From positions 30,131 through 94,130 of the forward strand of contig JACOUX010000006.1 of the NCBI GenBank assembly GCA_016177615.1: DNA of 64,000 nucleotides, read 5' to 3'. A program made the position numbers and the translations under genes. Below the pieces are notes generated by a model. The model saw only the letters and a list, made by a program, of their open reading frames with translations. It had not been told where the DNA came from and did not search any database. The stretch comes from Candidatus Woesearchaeota archaeon. Its GTDB lineage: Archaea; Nanobdellota; Nanobdellia; Woesearchaeales; GW2011-AR4. This document shows, piece by piece, positions 1 through 8,547 of the stretch; the first letter of the stretch is position 1; each line of letters begins with the position of its first letter.

Positions 1-3000
1 TCCAGCTCCCAGTCATCTGGAATTCCGTCTCCGTCTGTGTCTTTAGCGCCTGCTGCCTCTTCGCTGTCAGGAATGCCGTTGCAATTCACATCATTGTCTG
101 CGCATGTTTTGCATGTTGAGGAAACACATTTTAAGTCGCTGTCGCAGTCATTATTCCTGATGCATGCCTTACCCTCCAGGCATTTTTCCGGGCATAATCC
201 TCCGCAGTCTATATCTGACTCGCTTGAGCTCAATTTGCCGTCAGAGCACGTTTCGGGAACTTGGCAATATCCAAGGCTGCAGTAAAAGCTTGCGCAATCG
301 CTGTTCTGGGTGCATTTCTTGTCAATCTGGCATTTTGCAGAGCATTGGCCTCCGCAGTCTACATCAGGCTCAAGCTGGTTCTTTATCCCGTCGCCGCATG
401 TAGGCTCTTTGCACAAGTTGTTATGGCAGAATTTGCTCCTGCAATCTGAATTGGTGCTGCAGGCAGAATTCAATTCGCATTCTCCCCTGTCCCTGCAGTT
501 TACTCCTGTTGAATTTGTTGCGCAATTTTGAGTTCTTATCCTGCAATTCCTGCAGTTAAGGGTTCCGCTTATGAAGTTGCTGCTGTAGCTGGTGCAGCTG
601 GTGCTTAGATTGCCAAAATTATTCCCATCACATTCCTCTCCTGCGTCTATAAGCCCATTGCCGCATTTTTCTGCTTCCTGACATGATTGCGTATCAAGCT
701 TGCAGGAGCTGGTACATGCTATCTCTCCTGTTCTGAAAAACACAGAATACGCAGAGCAGCTTTTATTCAATGCCCCGAAATTGTTGCCGTCGCATTCTTC
801 ACTTGGGTCTATGAGCCCGTTGCCGCATTTGTCAATCGGGTTGCATGAGCTTGTGTCAATGGCGCAATTTTTGCACTTCAGCTGGCCGCTGCTGAAACTG
901 CTGTAGTCTTTGCAGTCCTGTATACTTCCAAACTTATCATTATCACATGTTTCTCCAACATTAATTATATTGTTGCCGCATGAGCCTGCGCCTCCAAAGC
1001 AAGTGCCGGTATCGAGCTTGCAGCTGCTGTCGCATTTTAAGGTTCCGCCGCTGAAAGTCTCTGAAGAATACTGCTGGCACTGCCCGTTTAATGGACCGAG
1101 ATTGGTTCCATCACACTGCTCTCCAGGATCGATGATTCCGTTGCCGCATTTTTGCTTTGGCACGCATTTAGAGGTGTCCAAAAAGCACCCTGGAGTGCAG
1201 CCCACAGCGCCAGATGAAAAGTTCAGGTCCGAGCAGCTGCTTATTAAACCAAAAACATTGGTGTCGCAATGCTCCCCTGTATTTATCACCTTGTCTCCGC
1301 AATGCGGCTGCTCTGTGCATTTTGTTTTGTCGAGCTTGCATCCTGAACATCCAAGATCCCCTCCAATATAATTTGGGAAAAATGTGCATGTATTGATTGT
1401 GTCGCCAAAAACAGGACCTTTGTCATCGCAAAGCTCTCCAGAATCTATCTTGGCATTGCCGCATGGCGATGGCTGGTCGCATTGCGAAAAGTCAAACTGG
1501 CAGTCTGTTGATTTGCATTTCAAAGTTCCTCCTGCATAATTGAAGGATTTGCAGTTCTTGCTGTCGAGATTTGACCCGTCGCATTGCTCTCCTGCATTGA
1601 TTGCTCCATCTCCGCATCTTGGAGTGGTTGTGCAGTCGGCATAGTTAAATGTGCAGTCCCCTTTGCATGCAATCTGTCCAGCAGTATAGCTATCAAACAT
1701 TGAACATGTTTTGCCGTCGAGATTTGCCTTGTCGCATTGCTCGTTTACATCAGCATTATTCGGTTTCTGAACTATTGAATCTCCGCACCGTGGCTTATTT
1801 TCATCAGGAATGCATGCGCTAGTGTCATAAATGCAGCTTGTTGTACATTTCAATTCCCCTGAAAGGTAGCCAAGAGATTTGCAAGTGTTTCCTTTCAAGT
1901 CGGTTTTATCACATTCTTCTATGTTTTGATTTATTGTGCCATCTTGGCATGTTGGCGGATTAATTGGAGTGCATTTAGAATAATCGAAAGTGCAATCGCT
2001 CCTGCATCCAAGGTCGCCTCCGTTATATGCATCAAAAGAGGTGCATGTTTTGCTGTCAAGATTTGCCTTGTCGCATTGCTCGTTTACATCAGCATTATTC
2101 GGTTTCTGAACTATTGAATCTCCGCACCGTGGCTTATTTTCATCAGGAATGCATGCGCTAATATCATAAATACAGCCTGTGCATTTTAAGTTCCCTGAAC
2201 TGGATTTGTAACCAAATGACTGGCATGTTTTTCCCTGTAAATCGGGATCATCGCAATCTTCATTTAGCTGATTTTTAATTCCGTCCCCACATTTTGCTGT
2301 TTTCGCCTGGCAGCTTGTCGTGTTGATTTTGCATCCAGAACAAAGCAGGTCTCCGCTTATGAGGCTTGTGCTGTAGTTTATGCATGTTCCGCTGAATAAA
2401 CCAAATTTGTTGCCGTCGCAAGTTTCCCCTAATGCAGTGTCTATAACACCGTCTCCGCAGAAGTTTGGAGTGGCACATCCTGATGTGTTGAGCTTGCAGT
2501 TTATGCAGCTTAGCGAGCCGCTTGTGAAAGACCTGCTAAAGTTTGTGCATATTCCATTAAGCTTTCCGAAATTGTTGCCGTCGCATTCTTCACTTGGGTC
2601 TATAAATCCGTTGCCGCACGTCGGGCTTGGCCTGCAGCTTGTTGTGTCTAATTTGCAGTCAGAACTGCAGCTTATTGCCCCGCTTTCGAAATATTGGCTG
2701 TAATCAATGCATCTTGTTGTAAGGCTTCCGAGATTTGTCCCGTCGCATTCCTCGCTCGGGTCTATGAGCCCATTGTTGCACAGCGGCTTTGGAGTGCATT
2801 TTGCTGTATCAAGCCCGCAATTTTTGCAGCTTATATTGCCGCCCTGGAATCCAAGATCTGCGCAGCTGTCTATGACGCCGTAAAATGGCGAGTCGCAAGA
2901 TTCTCCTGGATTTATGAATTTGCCGTCGCATGCTCCAGAGGCTCCGGAGCAGCTGCTCGTATCAAGCTTGCAGCCATTGCATCTCATGCTGCCTCCTGTA

Positions 3001-6000
3001 AAGAAATTCGGATATGCCTCTTTGCAATTTGTAGTTGGCAGCCCAAGATTATTGCCGTCGCATTCTTCTCCTGCGTCTATGATGCTGTTTCCGCATAAAG
3101 CCCTTGGCTTGCATTGGGATGTATCCAGATAGCAATTTTGCCCGCATGCCAGTTGTCCAGATGCGAAGCCAAGATCAGTGCATAGTTTTGCAGCCCCGAA
3201 AAGATTTCCTTTTGTGTCGCAATGCTCACCTGAGTCAAGCTTTCCGTCCCCGCAATATGCAGGTGAAATGCAGTTTGACGTATCTGGAAGGCAGCTGTTG
3301 CGATTGCATCCTAATCTTCCTCCGATGAAGTTTGAATAAGAGGTACATTTATTTATAGGCCCGAAAACAATGGTTCCTGCGTCCGGATCGCAAAGCTCAT
3401 TTGTGTCAAGCCTTCCGTTTCCGCAAGGCAATGTTGTGTCGCATAGTGAAATGTCCACAGTTATGCCGTCGCTTGCTTTTGGCTGGCTTTCTATGCCTGC
3501 AAAATTCTTTGCCTTGACGCTGAATGTATATCTGGAATTGTCCTCTAAATTAAGGTTCTCGACCCAAAACCATTGGTTCCCTATGCCTGCTGCAATCTCC
3601 ACAAAGTCTTTAAGCAGCTGGCTTCCTTTAAATAAAGAGTAGAAATAGCTCCTTACATTAGACTCGTTGTCCTCTGCCAAAAATTTTACCCTTAGCTTGT
3701 CTGTGTTACATGTCTTGTCCGGCATTGCAAGCGTGCTTGTGTCATTTACAAAAAGCATTGCAGGAGCAGTTGTGTCAATCACAAAATTTATTGAGGTGCT
3801 TGCTGTTTCTCCTGTTGCGCTATTGCACTCTATGTTAAATGAGTATTTTCCCACATTTAACGTTAGCTCCTTCCTATGCAAATATGCTGCAGGGCCCATC
3901 ACATTTCCTGTGCTTGAAGAGGCCGCGTCTGAATAAGTGCATATTGCTCTCTTGTTTGTTTCAAGCGATATGACTGCTGTGGTTGTATTGAACAAACTTC
4001 CTGTATGGGACATGATTTTTAATGCCGCATTAACATCTACACTTACTGTAACTCCCTTTGTATCCGACTCAAGGCCTGAGCGGCTTTGGCACGCGACAAA
4101 GTAAGATACGCTGTTTCGGTTCTGGAGCGTGACTTCCTGCCTGTTTATTTCCCTAAAGTTATTGTCGTCAAAGCCGTCAAATTTATTCTCCATTGAGCTG
4201 AAAATCCTTTGGCTTGTGCTGTATTTGCAAACAGAAGGCTTATCTGTTTCAGCAGTCAATGTAGTAATAAATGGCTCTTCGGAAATTGGGTTTGGAAATG
4301 CTGTTAACTGGCTTATTTTTGGCTTTGCTGAATCCACGCTCAAGTCAAACGAATTTGATGAAATCCCCCTCCTGTCCTTGCATTTGACATAGAGCTTGTG
4401 GGTTCTTGAGTCTCCTGGCTGTATCCTGTTAAAATTTAAAATATTATGCAGCGTGGATCCTGTGTTTGTGAATCTCGCCATAGAAGCATAATTAAATTCA
4501 TTGTCAAAGCTGTACCTGCACTCTGCATCATTATCTGTTTCGACAGCTATTTCAAATGAATAGGATGTTGCTGCGCCGTTTCTCGGCTTTACAAGCTTTA
4601 TGGTTGTTGGGTTTGCATCAACGGTGAACAAAGACCTGCCGGTAACGCTGTTTCCTGCATAGTCTGCGGCTTCGGCAACAAGATTTTTATGGCCGTCAGA
4701 GAGGTTAACTGCTGCAGAAAATATCTTGTTGTCTGTTGTGTTAAAAATCCTTTTTATGTCCTGCCCGTCCAAAATTATGGATCCGAGAATAACTTCCTCG
4801 TTGAAAGACATGCGGATTTGCACTTTGGAAGAGTCATTTATGACTGCGTTATTTTCGGGAATAAGCGTGATTGTTGGCGCAGCTGTATCTATGACGATTG
4901 CAACAGCATAAACTGCATCCATCATGATGTTTTTTTCGTTTTTGGCATTGAACTCAAGCAAATATTCGCCGTCGCGGAGCAGTTCCGGAACCTGCAGGAT
5001 TGATTGTGTGCTCAATTGGGGGCTGCTCTGCAAATCAATTATTTTGCTTTTGTCCTTGGCAGATAGCTTTACAGAAAGCATAGTTGCAGGCTCGAAAAAC
5101 CTGATTGATATTGCTGGCCTTGGGTTGCTTGTGTAGATCTTACCTAGAACTTTTTGGCTTCCGATTATATCGACGGAAAATACTTTCGGACCAGCAGTAT
5201 TGCTGTATGCGTCAATAGGAATTATTTTGACTTTGCCAAGGTTCTTGGACGGGTCTTGGGAGTAATACCTGATGGTGTTGCGGCCTTCCCTGAATGACAA
5301 AAACCTGCTACCAGTTGTTGCGTCAAAAGCGTTTAGGTTGCTTATTATCACTGATCTTCCTGCCGTGAACGAGTCATAAGGAAGGTTATTGCACGGCTCC
5401 ACGCATAAAAAAGTAAGGTAATCTGCAGATGTCCTTAAAAATGAAGATCCATTGAAGCTTATCTTGTCGAGAACCTGTATGTTCAGACTGTCGTATATTC
5501 CCTTGGAGTTTCTGCCTGCCGTTATTGTTGTGTTTGGAGCAAAGTAATCGCTCTCACATTCCCTGCTGTCACAATCCGGAGCATCATCCCCATCAGCATT
5601 TTTTGCGCATCCGTTTCCGAAATTCTCGCAGACCTTTATGCCGCATACATCATTTGACTGGGATACTACGTGATTATTTTCATCAAGAATCACCTGGTTG
5701 TTACACTGGCTGGTGTCATAATCCATGCACACCAAATTATTGCAGCTTGCAGACTTTCCATTGCTGTAATAGCATTTGAATGCCCCTTCTGAAAGCGCAT
5801 CTGATTTTTCTTTTGTGCACAAGTCAAATATTTCATTGTAAGAGCGCAGGTTTTTCAGCGTTTCTGTTCCTTTTCTGTCGCACCACTTGCAGTTATAATC
5901 TTTTGTGCTCACACATGCCCCGATGCCAAATTGCCCAATTAGGGGCAGGGGCTTCCATACGCAATTTCTCAGCGCACAGTTGTCTGTGTTGCATGCACCT

Positions 6001-7298
6001 TCTGTTTTATAGTCATAGCATTCCATTGAAGGGTTGCAGTTGAAGCATGCATTCACAATTGTATAAGATCTATCATAAAAGCAGTATTTCTGGTTTCCGT
6101 CATCATATTTTTCGCATTCCTGCTTTGTGGTAAACACCCCAGTAGGGTCTTTTGCATTAATTGAGCAGTCTTCCTTATTTACACATCTTGGCTGCTGGCC
6201 GGTTGGCTTTAATGGAAGGCAAACCTGGTTTGGGGTGCATGCCAGTTGAGGGCCTTTAAGCCTGTTAATCTCGTCGCAGGCAAACGCCTTGTTGAACTTT
6301 TCCCTGTATTTGGCTACTACCTTGAGTGCAAAATCCCCTGAGAACTCATTTGGAAAATTGCTTACAAGATAGCTTTTGTACTGCTCATAAGTAGCTCTCT
6401 GGATGCAGAAAGGGCTATTGGAGGTTATTCCCAAGCACTCAATGTTTCCAAGGCTTGCTGTTTTTGAGATTGTTGGTGTTGCTGACTGTGGGGCATAATG
6501 CACCTTTATCTGATAAGTGTAGACATTATCAAACAATAAGTCGCTTGAAGAGTCCTCGAATTTGGCTTCCGAGGTTGTTGCTACAAGGGCAAAATTTGTG
6601 CAACTGCTTCCCCTGCACCTCAATACATCATAAGACTTTGCATTCTGGCTGCATTCATCTCTCCATTCAAGCCTTAATTTCTGCTCTCCTCTGGCAGGGT
6701 TGATGATTAATTCTGAAAGCTTAGGGGTGTATGCTGCATTATTGCAGTTTGCCGGAGGAGTCTTGCATGTCCCGCCTGACTCAACTTTGGTGCTGGTGGT
6801 TGCGCATGCAGTATCAAGAGAGTCGGCGCACCCGTTCCTGTCATTATCGATGCCGTCATTGCATTGAGGAATTGCGCATTTTTCATTGCATTCCTGTATA
6901 GAGCTTACTCCACCATAGAATGTAGTTCCAGGGTTTTTACACTGGAATTCAAGCACATTCACATTGCTGCCGATTGCAGAGCAGCAGCATCCCCTTGCTT
7001 GGCATTCACTGACTCCATCGCATGCCTGCCTGTCCTTGTAAAAAAGCTGGATGCACTCCTGCTGGTCTTTTGGCCCATTAGGCCAGTTATAGTATTCAGG
7101 GCTCTCTTCCTTGTTTGGGCAGCACAAGGATGCTTCCAGCAGGATTTCTGAATAGCATTTCACAGCTGTCGGTGCGCCTGGGTTGATGCAGCACCCTCGC
7201 CCTGCAAGCTGCGCATAGGCAGGACTGATGCTAAGTAATGCCATTATGCACAGCAATGAGTACAATAAAATTGCTTTTTTTGTTTTTTGAATCCCCAT
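1..7298 (-). CDS. Giant (>2430 aa, runs off left edge) secreted Cys-rich surface protein: N-terminal Cys-rich region, Ig/FN3-like middle, about 18 CG(N/D)G..D..E.CD repeats, TSP3-like Ca-binding motif
   Basis: Absent from the ORF track because it is open at the edge. I translated the start at ATG 7298 (MGIQKTKKAILLYSLLCIMALLSISPAYAQ, signal peptide), the region near 3250 (AYCGDGKLDSGEHCD) and the left edge (KDTDGDGIPDDWEL); all are in the same frame. The track lists no closed ORF in that frame, consistent with one continuous ORF. Confidence 0.85.
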   Translation of the reverse strand, partial: MGIQKTKKAILLYSLLCIMALLSISPAYAQLAGRGCCINPGAPTAVKCYSEILLEASLCCPNKEESPEYYNWPNGPKDQQECIQLFYKDRQACDGVSECQARGCCCSAIGSNVNVLEFQCKNPGTTFYGGVSSIQECNEKCAIPQCNDGIDNDRNGCADSLDTACATTSTKVESGGTCKTPPANCNNAAYTPKLSELIINPARGEQKLRLEWRDECSQNAKSYDVLRCRGSSCTNFALVATTSEAKFEDSSSDLLFDNVYTYQIKVHYAPQSATPTISKTASLGNIECLGITSNSPFCIQRATYEQYKSYLVSNFPNEFSGDFALKVVAKYREKFNKAFACDEINRLKGPQLACTPNQVCLPLKPTGQQPRCVNKEDCSINAKDPTGVFTTKQECEKYDDGNQKYCFYDRSYTIVNACFNCNPSMECYDYKTEGACNTDNCALRNCVWKPLPLIGQFGIGACVSTKDYNCKWCDRKGTETLKNLRSYNEIFDLCTKEKSDALSEGAFKCYYSNGKSASCNNLVCMDYDTSQCNNQVILDENNHVVSQSNDVCGIKVCENFGNGCAKNADGDDAPDCDSRECESDYFAPNTTITAGRNSKGIYDSLNIQVLDKISFNGSSFLRTSADYLTFLCVEPCNNLPYDSFTAGRSVIISNLNAFDATTGSRFLSFREGRNTIRYYSQDPSKNLGKVKIIPIDAYSNTAGPKVFSVDIIGSQKVLGKIYTSNPRPAISIRFFEPATMLSVKLSAKDKSKIIDLQSSPQLSTQSILQVPELLRDGEYLLEFNAKNEKNIMMDAVYAVAIVIDTAAPTITLIPENNAVINDSSKVQIRMSFNEEVILGSIILDGQDIKRIFNTTDNKIFSAAVNLSDGHKNLVAEAADYAGNSVTGRSLFTVDANPTTIKLVKPRNGAATSYSFEIAVETDNDAECRYSFDNEFNYASMARFTNTGSTLHNILNFNRIQPGDSRTHKLYVKCKDRRGISSNSFDLSVDSAKPKISQLTAFPNPISEEPFITTLTAETDKPSVCKYSTSQRIFSSMENKFDGFDDNNFREINRQEVTLQNRNSVSYFVACQSRSGLESDTKGVTVSVDVNAALKIMSHTGSLFNTTTAVISLETNKRAICTYSDAASSSTGNVMGPAAYLHRKELTLNVGKYSFNIECNSATGETASTSINFVIDTTAPAMLFVNDTSTLAMPDKTCNTDKLRVKFLAEDNESNVRSYFYSLFKGSQLLKDFVEIAAGIGNQWFWVENLNLEDNSRYTFSVKAKNFAGIESQPKASDGITVDISLCDTTLPCGNGRLDTNELCDPDAGTIVFGPINKCTSYSNFIGGRLGCNRNSCLPDTSNCISPAYCGDGKLDSGEHCDTKGNLFGAAKLCTDLGFASGQLACGQNCYLDTSQCKPRALCGNSIIDAGEECDGNNLGLPTTNCKEAYPNFFTGGSMRCNGCKLDTSSCSGASGACDGKFINPGESCDSPFYGVIDSCADLGFQGGNISCKNCGLDTAKCTPKPLCNNGLIDPSEECDGTNLGSLTTRCIDYSQYFESGAISCSSDCKLDTTSCRPSPTCGNGFIDPSEECDGNNFGKLNGICTNFSRSFTSGSLSCINCKLNTSGCATPNFCGDGVIDTALGETCDGNKFGLFSGTCINYSTSLISGDLLCSGCKINTTSCQAKTAKCGDGIKNQLNEDCDDPDLQGKTCQSFGYKSSSGNLKCTGCIYDISACIPDENKPRCGDSIVQKPNNADVNEQCDKANLDSKTCTSFDAYNGGDLGCRSDCTFDYSKCTPINPPTCQDGTINQNIEECDKTDLKGNTCKSLGYLSGELKCTTSCIYDTSACIPDENKPRCGDSIVQKPNNADVNEQCDKANLDGKTCSMFDSYTAGQIACKGDCTFNYADCTTTPRCGDGAINAGEQCDGSNLDSKNCKSFNYAGGTLKCKSTDCQFDFSQCDQPSPCGNAKIDSGELCDDKGPVFGDTINTCTFFPNYIGGDLGCSGCKLDKTKCTEQPHCGDKVINTGEHCDTNVFGLISSCSDLNFSSGAVGCTPGCFLDTSKCVPKQKCGNGIIDPGEQCDGTNLGPLNGQCQQYSSETFSGGTLKCDSSCKLDTGTCFGGAGSCGNNIINVGETCDNDKFGSIQDCKDYSSFSSGQLKCKNCAIDTSSCNPIDKCGNGLIDPSEECDGNNFGALNKSCSAYSVFFRTGEIACTSSCKLDTQSCQEAEKCGNGLIDAGEECDGNNFGNLSTSCTSYSSNFISGTLNCRNCRIRTQNCATNSTGVNCRDRGECELNSACSTNSDCRSKFCHNNLCKEPTCGDGIKNQLEPDVDCGGQCSAKCQIDKKCTQNSDCASFYCSLGYCQVPETCSDGKLSSSESDIDCGGLCPEKCLEGKACIRNNDCDSDLKCVSSTCKTCADNDVNCNGIPDSEEAAGAKDTDGDGIPDDWEL
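1720..2160. repeat. 102-bp exact direct repeat (1720-1821 = 2059-2160) inside the giant surface protein
   Basis: AGATTTGCCTTGTCGCATTGC...GAATGCATGCGCTA is identical at an offset of 339 bp (113 codons). A second 38-bp exact pair is 775-812 = 2566-2603. Confidence 0.9.
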
Positions 7299-7311
7299 TT
7301 TTATTTTTGAC

Positions 7312-8547
7312 TCATTTTCTTTTGACAAATATTTCCTGCCAGTCCTTCAGCGCCCCATCAGCAACTTCGACCCTGAAAGTAATGGATGGCTGGTCTAATA
7401 TGGCAGATTCGGGATTGCCCGGCAATTGCGCATATACACTATATGAAAGCTGGTCTTCATCCGGGTCCTCTGCATTTTTCTGGTAGCCCTGCAGCAGCTT
7501 GCTTTCATCTATCAGTTCATCTGCATCAAATTCTACAACATTGTTTATTATATAGTAAAGTGCCGGCGCCCTATTTTTTCTGGCAAAGATATATTGGAAT
7601 TGCCTGCCGTTCACCAGCGATTTTTGGTCAGTGATTATTATTATATCTGCTTTCGCCTTTGTTTCATCATTGTATGGGTATTCATTTTTGACTACGGCCA
7701 CGGTCATAAAATCTCTATTTTCTGCATTGCCCATATCAAATTTTATGCTTCTGGTGTCATTCCTGATTAAATTTTTCGCAAAAAAATAGATTTCCTTCAG
7801 CCTTACATTTACATTTGTAGAGAATTCGCTTAACTGTGATGACTCTTTTGTTTTTGCATCAGTTATTGTTATAGGAATCTTTGACTTGACGCTTATATCG
7901 CCGCTGCCTATGATCACTGTTGTATTGGGCTTTTTCATTGCTACGTTTATGCCCTGCTCCTTAAATATGTTGAAATTTGCGCATGCTGCCATGTTGTTGT
8001 TGATGAAAGATTCCATCTGGTCCTGAAAAGAATGAGGGCCTTCAGACGAGTTTATTGGGGGAAGATAGCTGATGCCGAAATAGCCTTCAAACTTTTCATT
8101 CGCATATCTTTCAGTATATGGGAATATTTTCCATGGATAATCCCCATTGTTTGTGTTTGAAGAATATGATATGTCGTCATAAGCTGCTGCAAAGCTTGGG
8201 GGCATGATGTTGTAGGAAACATTGTAGTTGTTGTATTTTACAAATAACATGCCCTCGCTTGTTTTAGGAGGAGCAAGGGTTACCCCTCCCTGTCCTTTGT
8301 ATATAACTCCGCCTTGGTTTCCTAATAAAATTAAAGAGTCTTTTGTAAGCTTGTCAAGGCATTTTACTACAAATTCCTTTATAGGACTTGTTTCAAGCGC
8401 AGTCTCCTGCACTTTTTTTATGCTCTGCTGGGTATTTTTTTTAATGGCGGACTTGGAGAGGTACAAGACAAGGCTTACTACTATGAATAATAAAAGTCCT
8501 ATAATAAGCAGCATTGTAACCTGCGATCTTGCAGATGCTTTGCTCAT
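7312..8547 (-). CDS. Class III signal peptide (type IV pilin-like N-terminus) protein
   Basis: MSKASARSQVTMLLIIGLLLFIVVSLVLYL fits a basic-small/Q + hydrophobic helix prepilin pattern. ATG 8547 overlaps the upstream stop (ATGA). Confidence 0.65.
   Translation of the reverse strand: MSKASARSQVTMLLIIGLLLFIVVSLVLYLSKSAIKKNTQQSIKKVQETALETSPIKEFVVKCLDKLTKDSLILLGNQGGVIYKGQGGVTLAPPKTSEGMLFVKYNNYNVSYNIMPPSFAAAYDDISYSSNTNNGDYPWKIFPYTERYANEKFEGYFGISYLPPINSSEGPHSFQDQMESFINNNMAACANFNIFKEQGINVAMKKPNTTVIIGSGDISVKSKIPITITDAKTKESSQLSEFSTNVNVRLKEIYFFAKNLIRNDTRSIKFDMGNAENRDFMTVAVVKNEYPYNDETKAKADIIIITDQKSLVNGRQFQYIFARKNRAPALYYIINNVVEFDADELIDESKLLQGYQKNAEDPDEDQLSYSVYAQLPGNPESAILDQPSITFRVEVADGALKDWQEIFVKRK

Noticed and set aside
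1700-2180. Repeat pair as a DGR template/variable repeat
   Set aside because: The core is identical, flanking differences are mostly C/T on the coding strand rather than adenine-specific, and there is no reverse transcriptase in the window.
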